Assembly: GCA_950097015.1 (NCBI GenBank)
Contig: CATNEN010000038.1
Coordinates: forward strand, 1,984,001-2,048,000
Length of the DNA: 64,000 bases
Source of the DNA: Macrostomum hystrix
Taxonomy: Eukaryota > Animalia > Platyhelminthes
Direction of reading: 5' to 3'
Shown: positions 12,197 through 25,241 of the stretch, one piece after another
How the letters are laid out: every line of letters begins with the position of its first letter
How positions within the stretch are numbered: the stretch's first letter is position 1
Position numbers and translations under genes: made by a program
The notes under the pieces: model-generated
What the model was told of the DNA's origin: nothing
Database searches by the model: none
The model's input: the letters and a program-made list of their open reading frames with translations, nothing else

Positions 12197-13367
12197 GCTA
12201 TTTTTAGAACAACACGGCGTCAATGACTATCCCTAATGGGCAGTTTAAAGTACATTACTAATATATATATAGAATACCAAGAAAACACAAAGTGTCAGGA
12301 TCACGTTGTGCAGCATCGAGAGAAAGTTATTGATTTGACAAAATACAGAAGACGAGAAAGGCAATGATGAAATAGAAGGAATTGCAAACACACGGGAGAC
12401 ACTGACAGTAAATAAGCATTATATGTATTAAACACACACTTATAAACGAACAGTTATGTACAAGATAAAACACAATAATTAACTACACTAGAGTCTACAA
12501 CTGCTTCCATTGTGCAGTAAACTTCTCAATATGAAACTTTTTAGTAAAATTGTATTATATTATTTAGGTCGCACATTACTACTGACCAGGAGAGACAGTA
12601 GTAAGTATTGAAGGATCAGAGTTCCGTTTGTAAAAAAACATTTTAGTCATCAGTTACACACAAAGCTTATAAACACGGGAATGAATTTTATAACACTAAT
12701 ATAGTTATTCCTCAGGCATTGCTTTCAGAAGAAGAAAGCGCCAGAAAATGTGTCGCGACATTCCGGCGATAATCGGTGTTGAAGGGGGGCAAGACTGCCT
12801 GGTTCATTGTGTAGAAAAATTCATTTATGGGAATTAACACAACAGAATATAATTGTTAACAATATTGGGATTTTAAATTGGCGCGCAAAGTAGTACTAAG
12901 ACTAATACAGAAGCGAAAAAACACAGGCGACAATATCTCTATTTAATAACTAGTTCAATAATTAATTTGAATAGATAGCGAATTGGGTATCAAGAAGGGC
13001 GGAAAGACACTTCGGAGACTGAGGAGAAAAAAACAGACAAAGATTGAAACGCAATTCAAGATCAAGAAACTATTAGGAAGGACTAAAAAATAGTAGCACG
13101 CGAGACTCTGGTTGGAAGGGAAGTCCATCGTTGTTGCTATTTTTAGAAACCGTTTGGGGATTCCTTTCTAATTGAATTATTGCAAAGTCGGAGCCAATCT
13201 GATTAAGAATCTAGTAAAGGTCAATAAGTAGCTATTTTTAGAAAACGATGGGAGTTGCCCAAATGCGCGTGACTAACGTGAGCCAATCGGATCTAAAGAT
13301 TTCTTAGATTAGGGTAAGTAGTAATTTCAATAAAACTACCAAAATTCAAGCCTAAACTTAACCAATG
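12197..13367. promoter_or_regulatory. Candidate cis-regulatory cluster: three MEF2-consensus sites plus CCAAT boxes
   Basis: GCTATTTTTAGAA at 12197, 13136 and 13231; AGCCAATC at 13192 and 13281; ACCAATG at 13361. Confidence 0.4.
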
Positions 13368-13970
13368 AGAATTCGTAGGCTGATTTCAACCCCCCCCAAT
13401 TATTCCGTCCGTCTATTTATTTACGCAGTTTTCAAACATAGCAGGAAGATGACGAATAGAAAAAAGCAAGTACACAAACAGTCTACTGGAACTGAGACAA
13501 CATTGCACGATTAAAAAAATTACAGCATAGACTTTTCATCGGGAGCAGAGAATGACAGAACGGACTGCGCTGTCTGCGATTTTGTGACGTCAGACAATAA
13601 ATAGGTCAGCGAGTGCGCACAGGCAAAACTGCTCCGGCTTTAAAAGCGAAACCATCTCACGAACGAGAAGTATTATTTTAAAATTTTTTACGACCTGGGC
13701 GAGCAATCTATATAAATGAATTTTAAATAATTGTTACATTAAAGACATTTTTTCATCGGAAAAACCTTTAAGCAAGCGGCAAAAGCAACAAATAATAGAA
13801 AGCAGAAATTAGAAAATAAATCGGTTTCTAACTACACCGGCGGTTCCGTCAGACGGCAGGGCGGCGTGGATCAGAGGCTCTCAACGGTGCAGACAACTGA
13901 GGAATCTGGTTGCAGACAGTCTCGGGCAATCTAGGAGGGATCGGAGTCAGCTGAACAGGGACACAAGATT

Positions 13971-16900
13971 CTACATGGGACCAGGCGGCGGCATCAGACC
14001 CCAACCGCCGCTGACGCCACCGACGCTGCTGCCGCCGCTGCCGCCGCTAACGCCTCCGCCACCCATGCCGGCTGGCGAATAAGCGGCTGTGGTAGTGTCG
14101 AACTTCAGCTGCGCCTTGGACTTCAAATATTCGTCTTCGGCCAGTTGGAACACATCAGGTCGCTGGTGCTTGTCGTAGGTCACGCAGCGCCGGATGAAAT
14201 TCTTGGCCTGCTCAGACACTTTGCAGTTGCCCGGCGTGGATTGCGGAAAGTCGATCTTCAACGCCTTGAGTATAGTGTGATTGCGAAGAATGTCAGCCTG
14301 GGTCATGTTGTTGCCGAACGGCTTCTGGCCATACAGGCACTGGTAGAAAATCACGCCAACACTCCACACATCAACCTGGATAATGGATTTGTGTTAACAA
14401 CAGTATAGTAGAAGTAAATGAACATAAGAAAGTCATTCCATCAGTTGTTCACACTGGTGAATGGTCATTTGACCAGTTATTTATACCCGTGAATGGTCAT
14501 TTGATCATTTATTCATACCCGTGAATGGTCATTTGACCAGTTATTTATACCCGTGAATGGTCATTTGATCATTTATTCATACCCGTGAATGGTCATTTGA
14601 TCATTTATTTATACCCGTGAATGGTCATTTGATCATTTATTCATACCCGCGAATGGTCATTTGATCTGGCATAGAGACCACCGAATGATCATTGGTTCTG
14701 TCACTCGCAAGCGATCATTGAATCAGCGCCCCCTTACCTTGCTGGAGATCTTGGGCGCCTCGGGGCCGGTCTCGAAGCACTCGGGCGGCAGGTACCAGTA
14801 GGTGCCGGCGCCCTGACTGGTGAGGTCCATGCCGGAGTCGGCCTGGAACTTGTCCTCAGTCATCACCTTGCTGAGTCCGAAATCTGTGAGCTTGATGTCG
14901 GCAACTGAGTCGCCCTCGCCCAGGAGAATGTTTCCAGGCTTCAGGTCGTAGTGAATGACGGGTGGCCGGCGCTGGTTGAGGTACTTCAACGCGCTGACCA
15001 CCTAATTTGCGAAGCACAATGGCAGTTTGATTACAGCTTCAAATGCGAGTGCTAGGGCGTATTTTATAAGGGATGTATGTTATAAAATATTTTACAAAAA
15101 ATCTTACAAGAACACCAAAGCTTTTACATGCTAAGGTTGCTGTGAATAATACTAATACTATTATTATTATTATTATTATTATTAAGGTTGCTGTAGAATC
15201 CTAGAATCGAGCATAGCAACAATCAAGGAATTCAGAAGCTGCCTTAGCAACCAATAAGAAGCTACCATAGCAACCAATTAAGAAGCTGCCAAAGCAACCA
15301 ATTCTGAAGCTACCATAGCAACCAATTCAGAAGCTGCCAAAGCAACCAATTCTGAAGCTACCATAGCAACCAATTCAGAAGCTGCCAAAGCAACCAATTC
15401 TGAAGCTACCATAGCAACCAATTCAGAAGCTGCCAAAGCAACCAATTCTGAAGCTACCATAGCAACCAATTCAGAAGCTGCCAAAGCAACCAATTCTGAA
15501 GCTACCATAGCAACCAATTCAGAAGCTGCCAAAGCAACCAATTCTGAAGCTACCATAGCAACCAATCCAGAAGCTACGAAAGCAACCAATTCTGAAGCTA
15601 ACATAGCAACCAATTCAGAAGCTACCATAGCAACCAATTCAGAAGCTACCATAGCAACTAATTCAGAAGCTACCATAGCAACCAATTCAGAAGCTACCAT
15701 AGCAACCAATTCAGAAGCTACGAAAGCAACCAATTCTGAAGCTACCATAGCAACCAATTCAGAAGCTACCATAGCAACCAATTCAGAAGCTGCCATAGCA
15801 ACTAATTCAGAAGCTACCATAGTAACCAATTCAGAAGCTACTATAGCAACCGATTCAGAAGCTACCATAGCAACTAATTCAGAAGCAACCAATTTAAAAT
15901 CTACCTTAGCAACCAATTCAGAAGTTAGCACAGCAACAGATCAAGAGTCTAACTCGTACCTGACAAATAACATTTCGCGCCTCGCGCTCTGGTAGGCTTT
16001 TATTCTGTTTGAGATAAAAGTCCAAATCGCAGCCCTTTGAATACTCCAGTACTGTGCAGAAGCAGTCGCTGTCAATGTCAAAGACGTCGTAGACCTTCAC
16101 AATGCGAGGATGCTGCAGAGTTTTGTGTATCTCAATCTCCCGCACGGCGTGTCTGATGTAATTATCTTTCTTTTCCTTTGGCCAAGATGGGCTTAGCTGG
16201 TGGATTTTGCAGGCGACAAATCGGTGCTCAGTCATATCGTAGGCCTTGTGCACCTTAGTAGGAAAAATTGGTGAGGGTTTTCGATTGGGCTTAGCTAGAC
16301 TAACATAATGTGGTAGATTGTGACAGGATGTGGTTTACTGTAACAGGATGTGGTTTACTGTAACAGGATGTGGTTTACTGTAACAGGATGTAGTAGATTG
16401 TGACAGGATGGGGTAGATTTTGACAGGATGTTTTAGATTGTGACAGGATGTTGTAGGTTGTGACAGGATTTGGTAGATTGTGACAGAACGTTGTAGACTG
16501 TTACAGGATGTGGTTTACTGTAACATGATGCTGTAGATTGTGACAGAACGTTGTAGACTGTTACAGGATGTGGTTTACTGTAACATGATGCTGTAGATTG
16601 TGACAGGATGTGGTAGATTGTGACGGGATGTGGTTTACTGCAACAGGATGTGGTAGATTGTGACAGGATGTGGTAGATTGTGACGGGATGTGGTAGATTG
16701 TGACGGGATGTGGTTTACTGTAACAGGATGTGGTAGATTGTGACAGGATGTGGTAGATTGTGACGGGATGTGGTTCACTGTAACAGGATGTGGTAGATTG
16801 TGACTGAATGTGGTAGATAGTGACAGAATGTGGTAGATTGTGACATAATACGGTTTACTGTAACAGGACGTGGTAGATTGTGATAGAATGTTGAAGACTG

Positions 16901-19900
16901 TTACAGGATGTGGTTTACTGTAACAGGATGTGGTAGATAGGGGCAGGATGTTGTAGATTGTGACAGGATGTGGTTGATTGTGACAGGATGTTGTAGATTG
17001 TGACAGAACGTTGTAGACTGTTACAGGATGTGGTTTACTGTAACAGGATGTTGTAGATTGTGACAGGATGTGGTAGATTGTGACGGGATGTGGTTTACTG
17101 TAACAGGATGTGGTAGATTGTGACAGGATGTGGTAGATTGTGACGGGATGTGGTAGATTGTGACGGGATGTGGTTTACTGTAACAGGATGTGGTAGATTG
17201 TGACAGGATGTGGTAGATTGTGACGGGATGTGGTTCACTGTAACAGGATGTGGTAGATTGTGACTGAATGTGGTAGATAGTGACAGAATGTGGTAGATTG
17301 TGACATAATGCGGTTTACTGTAACAGGACGTCGTAGATTGTGATAGAATGTTGAAGACTGTGACAGAATGTGGTTTACTGTAACAGGATGTGGTAGATTG
17401 TGACGGGATGTGGTAGACTGTGACGGGATGTGGTAGATTGTGACAGGATGTGGTAGATTGTGACAGAATGTGGTTTACTGTAACAGGATGTGGTAGATTG
17501 TGACAGGATGTGGTAGATTGTGACAGGATGTGGTAGATTGTAACAGGATGTGGTAGATTGTGACAGAATACGGTAAATGCGTCTCATGCCTCTCGCAACA
17601 AGGTCCCTGAGTTCAATTCCGTGGCGAAGCCATATTAATTTGGCTTGCCGTGCAATTTACGCCCTTGAGGGCCACAGTGTGAAAGTGGCAGATGTACACA
17701 CCATGTGTGAACGCGTGCCTGCGTAAAGTATTTGTGTGTGTGCTTAGGAGTCAGCGAAATGGGCAGAATGTGGGTATAGTGTCACGAAATGGTGTGCAGC
17801 CCTCCTGCAGTCATTATTAATATCATTATTATTATTCTTTTCAGCTGGTATTACCTCTGAAAAGCCGCCTTTGCCAAGCAGTGAAAGCAGCATGTAGCGG
17901 TCGTGCAGTTCCTGGTTGCCCTTGAAGCGGCTGCTGTCCTCATTCTGTATCCGCTTCATTTCCCGGATGTGAACGTTGCGCTCTCTGTCCAACTTTTCAA
18001 CTTCGTCGCGAAGATCTTTCTCGTCCTTGACTAGTGCCTGGCGCTGAATGTCGTAGATCTCCAGCTGGGTGAAGAACTCGTCCGCGTCCACTTCGGCGTA
18101 CTTGCCGGCAGCAGAGGCCGCCGCGGATCTGGCGAAGGAACGTGATGCAGAAAATGGATAACTGATTCTGCATGGACAGTGACAACTCAATCTAGGAGAG
18201 TGATCTGAAGGAATTAGCTTTGGAAGGATTCTGAGTTACCGAACCCAAGATTTAGGAGAGTGACAGAATCGTATCTGAAGGATTTAGGAGAGTAACAGAA
18301 TCGTATCTGAAGGATTTAGGAGAGTGACAGAATCCAATCTGAAGGATTTAGGAGAGTGACAGAATCGTATCTGAAGGATTTAGGAGAGTGACAGAATCGT
18401 ATCTGAAGGATTTAGGAGAGTGACAGAATCGTATCTGAAGGATTTAGGAGAGTGACAGAATCCAATCTGAAGGATTTAGGAGAGTGACAGAACCCAAGAT
18501 TTAGAAGAGTGACAGAATCCAATCTAAAGAATTAGGGAGAGTGACAGAATCCAATCTGAAGAATTAGGGAAAGTGACAGAATCCAATCTGAAGAATTAGG
18601 GAAAGTGACAGAATCCAATCTGAAGAATTAAGGAGAGTGACAGAATTTTATCTGAATGATTTAGGAGAGTGACAGAATTAAAATTTGCAAATTGAATTAG
18701 ATCATCGTTAGAAGCATAAATGGTCCGCATACCTAGACGAGGAGGTCTTGGGAGTAGTGCCACCAGCTGCCGGTTTTCGCTTCATCCACAGCCGTCGCTC
18801 CTTCTCGATTCGCTCCTTTCCGTGCTCAATCTCCTGCCTGCGACGGTGCGCCTCCTCGAATGCGAAGCCATCGAACCACTTGTCAAGCAGGTCGGAGCCG
18901 TGCCGGACTATCTGGAACTGGCCGAGGCGCAGCCGGTTCTCGCGGCATCGGTCCCGCACAGCTCGGCGCTCCTGGCGAGACTTCTCGGCTAGCAGGGCGC
19001 GCAGAACTTCGCGGCCCCGCTCCTGATTCTCGCGCAGGGTTTCAATCACCTTCTGCTGGCTGGACACCTGACGCTCGAGCTGTTCGCGCGCTTTCAACAG
19101 CGCTGCCAGCTGCTCGCTCTGCTGCTGGCCAACTAACTGCTGAGACTGTGCCGCCTGTTGCTGCTGACTGGCTGCCTGCGTTGACGAATCCAGCGTTGCC
19201 TGAAGCTGAGGATGGAGCACAACAGCCGCGTCCAGCTGACTGCAGCTGTCGCTGCCGCTGTTGTTGCGATAGTCAATCAGAATTGCCTGCGGTGTCGGAC
19301 TGGAGCCTCCGATCTGCTGCTGCTGCTGCAGTGGCGGCGGAGACGGCTTCTCTGTGCCAGGTGCAATGCCTGGCTTTGAAGATAGTGTTGCAGAGGAACC
19401 AGGCTGTTGAGACACTGTCGTCTGCTGCTGCTGCTGCAGTGGTTGCTGTTGCTGAAGCTTCTTCCGTTTGCCCGGTGGTCGCCGGGCGCCGCTGGCATTT
19501 GAAGCACCCAACAGGCCGCCGTCGCTGCTTCGACTGCCGCTATTGCTGTTATTGTCCTCCTCTGAGTTGTTGTTGCTGCTAGGCTGCTGCTGCTGCTGCT
19601 GGGGCTGCTGCTGCGGCAGTTGTTGTGAGACTTTCACTTGGCTAACAGACAAGGCCGATGACAGCGGCGGTGGTGGCGGCGGAGGCGGCAGAGTCAACAA
19701 AGCTGTCGACTGAGGCTTGGCAGAAGAATAAAACTCATCGATTCGACGAGTGCCGCCGCCTCCTCCTCCGCCAACTCCGTCCGGTGCGCGCCGCTTGCGC
19801 GGACCTTTGCCGGGAGTTCGAGAGGCGGATAGAGTGCCGCCGGGGGCAGTCGATGTCAGCGCGGGAGCCCCGGACTCCTGCAGGCTCTGGCTGTTACTGT

Positions 19901-22900
19901 TTGCCAACGAGGACACTGGCAGGGCGGCCTGCGGCTGCAGCGACGGCTGCTGAACCGAAGCAGGCGGCGGATTCGACAATGAGGCGTCAAGATTAACAGA
20001 CGAAGATTGCGAGGACGATTGGGAGAAGGCGCCGTTGCGATTTGAAGAGATGGGAACCGAGGCGGTGGTGACGGCGGACGCTGCTGCTGCTGCTGAAGCT
20101 GTCGCTGTCGCTGCCCTGACAGCGTCGGAGCCGGCAGAGTCTGGCGCGGCAGGCAGCGAGGCCGAGCCGGCGGAAGCGGAGACAGCTGAGGAGGCTTGGA
20201 AGCGAGCTTCCAGCAGCTCCTGTTTCCGCGAGTCCATGTGCAGTGCCTGCAATATAAAATTCAAGGATACCTTGGACATAATTTTTTACTCAATCGAAAG
20301 CAATCTGTAATATATCTGCAACATTTATCTCTTTTTAGATACTAATAATATTTTTAATAGGATACTAATGGTATCTTCAAACAACAATTTTATTTGTTAA
20401 TAGAAAATTACTAATTTTGTTTTAATACAAATAAAAATATAAGACACTAAATCAACAAATATTTCTCATACCAAAAATAGTGTTCAAAAAAGTTGTTTTA
20501 AAATGTCTGAAATAAAAATTGACTACATCTAACTACTAAGTAATATGATCTCTTTGATTGACTATTTGCATTTCAAAAAGCATAAAAAATTATATTTTTT
20601 TTTTAATCTTGGCTAGTCTATGAAAAATCCTATTAACTAGAATTGCTAAAATGATATAGGCCTGGATATACATGTGACCAATTTGGCTATTATCACAGAA
20701 CAATTATAAATACAAGTTAGGTAACATTTTACCTAGGACTAATGATTCCTTTAAAAATTAGCCTGGATAAACTCAAGCTAGTAAAATTCTGATGAGATCC
20801 CAATGCTGATCTTGAAAACCTAGGATTCTGACAAGTCCAACAATAAAAACTAAAGTATTGGAATCCTATCTTTTTAGGAAACTGAAGATAGATCAATTTA
20901 AAAAAATGATCTCAAGGTTAGAGCCACAATTATTTTTAAATATACAGCAATAGCCAATTGGCTAATATAACAAAAGCTATATAAAGCTGTATCAGCACTG
21001 TGCATTTTGTAATATTTAAGTAAAACAACCATTAAATTTGACAGCTAGTTTGGAAGGGCTCTTAAAACTTGGTAGATAGAAGTCCATGGAACACTGGCAC
21101 AATGACAGCTACATTTCTTTTGAAAACAATTGTGAACTTTAAACTAAAGACTTGTTAACAATAAATATATTTATGACAATTTTGCCTGATGAGCAAGACA
21201 GCAAGTAAATGTATGCCCAAATGAGTTAGCTATTCAATTCACAACCCAGTATAGCAGCCTTAGGCTATCCAAAATTCTAATTCATAATCTTGAAAATGAA
21301 AAAATGGAAAAATGTTAAATGTTACTAATCCTACAATTTTGACCCATTAGATTCTGACTTCAATCCAAAGCTAGGCAGCAGTGGCTATAATTTTATAATA
21401 AACAAAGCTTCAGCCTAGATAATAACACGCTACAGCTGTTATTTATAGCTGATTACAGCTGATAAAACAGAATTTTAGCCTAGGCAAGCTACAGCTCTGT
21501 ATGTTAAAATATCTAAAGCCAAGCTAGGCCAGATGCTAGTTATTTTTTCCATGGGGTTATAGTGGCTAATTCTTTTAGTAGGTCCCTTTGTCAACTAACC
21601 CATAGGGAGACCTAAAAAGTTGGTCACTTTATCAACTTTGTTTTTTGTTATTAAAAGAAAAAAAATGATTTCACCATACATGCCCAACTTCAAAATTTCA
21701 CCCATCAAGTGCAAGTTTACTTATTGTCCAGATTTGCGACTTAGTTCCTCATGATTGCGACTTAGTTCCTCCCAATTGTGACTTAGTTCTTCATGATTGC
21801 TACTTAGTTCCTCCTGATTACAACTTTGTTCCTCCCTATTGCAACCTAATTTTTAATTTGTATATGACTTTTCTTGTCTTTTTCTCTTTTCTTCTCTCTC
21901 CTCTTTCCCCCTCTCTCTCTTTTCTCCCTCCTTTATTTTCTCTTTCTTTCTTCTTCTTTTTTTTCTTCCCCCCAATTTTAGTTTTTTGCGTTTTTGTTTT
22001 TGCGACTTACCTTGGCAGGCGGCCATTTTACCTGTCTGGTTTTTGCATGGGTCGGACAAGTGTTGGGCATGTATGGATTTCGCTCTGTTGACACTATGAA
22101 AAAGCATATAAATTTAGGACGATAGCCTTAGCATGTCTCAACAATTACTATAATAGGCATGAGTTTAAATATTATATCTTATATGTCCTTTAAAGAACTA
22201 TAAAAAAGAATAAATATTATTGTCATATCTTATTCTGCTAAAAATTTGCCTTGTTTGCTTTAGTTACAAACTAGTTACAACTACAAATAGTAGGAATAAC
22301 AGACAAGAAGCCTTAGGCAAATAAAAGGTGTAGACCCTTATATTTATGAAAATAAAAGAATTATTATGGTAAAGAAAAAATAAAACAATACATCATAAAC
22401 TTTTTTCTAGCCTAACTGGTACATTTTCTAGTTTGGTATGATTAATTTGGTTTGATATCAACAATCTACTTGTCTCCTTTAGAGATTTGAATATTTATTA
22501 TTCAAGCATATCACCATGACACTGCAGATTCTGGTTATGGTATAGATAAAATTACTTAACCTAGGCCTAGTTTGGTCACTTTTGTCAGTTAGTCAGAATT
22601 TAAGACAGAAATATCTTGGCATTTTGTGAATTGTCATGTTTGGAGACTGTATTTAAGTCACTTAGTCAGCTTATCTGACAAAAAGGTACGTCTTATTAAT
22701 GACCAGTATAAGTTAGGCTACCCAGCTTTTATAAAAAATATTTATCATAGAGACAGAAGAGCCTATTCTTAAAGTTGTAAAAAAACATAGGCCTAATATT
22801 AACTTCTATGGACTATGGTAATGATTACATATTTGCATTTGTAACACTGTCAGCCAGCCAGGTGTGTGTCTATACATTAGATTGCATTATAAACCTAGAT

Positions 22901-23761
22901 AGATTAGATGGATTAGTGATTAGGAAGCATTAATAACCTGACAAAGCATGTTCCTAATAGTGACAGCAATTCCTGAAGTCTAGCTTATAAAAAATTTTCA
23001 TTTAATGCACTAGAATAACAAACAGATTAACTGAACCTAAACAATAAAATTTTTGTAGACCTAAGATTAGCTACACAGGTATTCTAAACTGATTGACCTA
23101 CACATAACATTACACAACTATAAATCATGTCGTGTCATGTCATAAACAGACCATAAATGCAATGTGATTAACAACTTGCACTCTAAATTTACATGCTTAT
23201 TAGCCTGGTAACTATGTTTGCAAATGTAGTAATTAGGTATTAATCTAGGCTTGGCTAGGTTCCTAGGACTGGGACCTGGACGCTGGACCTAGGTGCTAAT
23301 TTATTTATACGCGCTTTCTTGACTGGATTGAAAGTCTGCATAAACTGATTTAATTGAAATATGTAATTTTTTTACTCATATCAGTTCTTAAGTATGCAGA
23401 CAAACACGTTGTGCTGCATCAATTCACAAATAAACCGAATACTAAGTAACAAATAGTAGATTAGTTTAGAGTGCGCACAGTTTGCTTAGTGAGAAATATT
23501 GGAGTTTTTAAATTAGCGGTATACTAATACTAGAAAAGTTAGACGCTTTAACAAAATGCATAGGTGATAACCAATTTAAAAATAAAGTAAGGAAACCTTC
23601 ATCAGCACTTAGAAGATCGGTCTTTAGTAATTTTTTAGTTATTTTTTGAAAAAAAAAGTTTACGAAATTAAAAGACAAAGACAAAAAGACACGAAGGACC
23701 ATGAAGGATGATACACAACTTGGATTATATTGCATCCGTAACATACTTTACCTTTTCTCAT
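13971..23761 (-). CDS. TLK: Tousled-like serine/threonine kinase, 7 coding exons, ~944 aa
   Basis: Exons 23761-23752, 22084-22011, 20246-18733, 18128-17855, 16253-15960, 15001-14738, 14375-13971, phase-consistent. Motifs: '[12 protein letters not shown]', 'ENRLRLGQF', '[21 protein letters not shown]', '[10 protein letters not shown]', 'VACKIH', '[12 protein letters not shown]', 'TDFGLSK', '[13 protein letters not shown]'. The first two small exons are inferred from frame and splice fit only; translation could instead start at the ATG ending at 20237. Confidence 0.93.
14455..14668. repeat. 32-bp minisatellite (ATACCCGTGAATGGTCATTTGATCATTTATTC), TLK intron
   Basis: About 6.5 units. Confidence 0.93.
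15225..15925. repeat. 24-bp minisatellite (AGCAACCAATTCAGAAGCTACCAT), TLK intron
   Basis: About 29 units; source of the spurious [11 protein letters not shown]. Confidence 0.95.
16308..17575. repeat. 20-bp minisatellite (GATTGTGACAGGATGTGGTA) with a 460-bp internal duplication, TLK intron
   Basis: Rare variants recur at offset 460 (16801 vs 17261). Confidence 0.95.
17560..17770 (+). mobile_element. tRNA-derived SINE-like element, copy A
   Basis: A-box-like GTGACAGAATACGG and B-box-like GAGTTCAATTCC; body GTGCAATTTACGCCCTTGAGGGCC and tail GGAGTCAGCGAAATGGGCAGAAT are shared with the copies at 29.6 kb and/or 52.4 kb. Confidence 0.75.
18190..18680. repeat. 32-bp minisatellite (TTTAGGAGAGTGACAGAATCGTATCTGAAGGA), TLK intron
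   Basis: About 15 units. Confidence 0.93.
21731..21845. repeat. 21-bp degenerate tandem repeat (GATTGCGACTTAGTTCCTCAT), TLK intron
   Basis: About 5 units. Confidence 0.8.
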
Positions 23762-23880
23762 TTTTAATTTCACAGGCTTTAGATAGGGATTATATTATTG
23801 ATTGATCGTAATAACATTATAAAATAAATTAGAAAGAATAATTAGTCCGTGTTACCACTGTAAGCCCCATTTAGCTAATA

Positions 23881-25241
23881 CATGTGTTGGGCACGTTACT
23901 CGTTACTGCATGGCTACCAATTTAGTAGCGATCGTTACTTTTTGCAACGTTACTTCTACGTTACGTTACCTGTTTCCATACAAGTTTCCGAAAAAAATAA
24001 TAAGTAATTAGCAGCACTGTAAGTTAAATCCTTTACTGCATAAAAAACATTGCATTGATGCGCTAGTACATTTTGCAGTAAAATTAAGAGTTTTTTGTTT
24101 TTGTAGCGAACTCCAAATTTTGCGAAATATTTATTGGTCAATTCATAGATGGACTGTGGTCTGTTGCTTTACTTTTACGACAATTTTATATTAGTTGTAA
24201 TCAATCATTAATACTATCAACGTAATCTAAAATCTCCATTGTGATCTCATGGCTACAAAACCCAAAGCCCGACATGGTCAAGATCAGTGAGGGTGAAAAT
24301 AATAGCGGAGTGTCGTAGTAGGGCCCTCTCTTCAATTTGCTATTCTGCTGTTTGCCTCCAATTATTTAAGATATATTCATTATTTGAAATTCACTATTTA
24401 TTGAAGTGCATGCCTCTCAGTAGGCTATGGTAATATTTAACTATGGATTTACTATTTATATATAAATGACTTCCATGTGTCTAATGTTATGACAATTATA
24501 GTTCCAGCCTTCGTAAGGAAAGACTCCTTTGTTATATGTATTTCTATAGGTTGCGATTTGCGTGTGTCCGAGCGGCAAGACACTTTAATAATAATTTGTC
24601 ATAACGCTCTGGTTTATTTTTAATTTTCTACAATACGTACTGATTTGAGTTTCCAGTCCTAGTCGGGTTTCCAATGGACTAGAGTTGCCCATGTCAATCA
24701 CACAGTCTGATCGAAGAACTCCCTTGCTTTAATTCTATACAACTTGGCTTTGACTCAATAGGGAATGTATGGAATAAGTAAGACGACACTGTTTATATCG
24801 CGAGTGTTCGCGCGGAACTCGGGTTACTTTCTTCCTCAATTTCTCCCTGTATTTATACGATAAAATTGGGGTGGCATACCCCACTAAAACACGGACTCAT
24901 TTAAACAAACAAAATGTATACAGTAAAATATATTATTTTGCGCCAATTTAACTTCTAAAATATTCGATAATTATACGCTGCCTCAGGAGAAAGTGGACGA
25001 TGTCGGAGATTACAACACATAAAATGAGTAATGACAGATAAATAAAAGTTATAGAATGCTTACGTAAAAATAACATATATATGGTAAAAGTGTAAAAACG
25101 GAAAGAAACTATTAATTAAACTAACGACCGTCACTATTTCTTGGTAATTTTTCATAACTTACTGTTTCCGTCACCAAATGGTCATTAACGAGATCGTTAT
25201 ACCCACTTGGCCGTTACTTTTTAGTAACGCACCCACACTGC
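23881..25241. mobile_element. Non-autonomous hAT-like DNA transposon with imperfect TIRs and 8-bp target duplication
   Basis: Left end CATGTGTTGGGCACGTTACT, right end AGTAACGCACCCACACTG(C); subterminal CGTTAC repeats at both ends; AGCTAATA on both flanks (23873-23880 and 25242-25249). Confidence 0.72.

Noticed and set aside
15278-15931. Hydrophobic repeat ORF (ASELVAMV)n on the TLK strand
   Set aside because: Lies in an intron between two kinase exons that join in phase without it.
20780-20835. Hammerhead ribozyme (CTGATGA GATC...GATC TT GAAA)
   Set aside because: Extra bases before GAAA and no convincing stems I or III.
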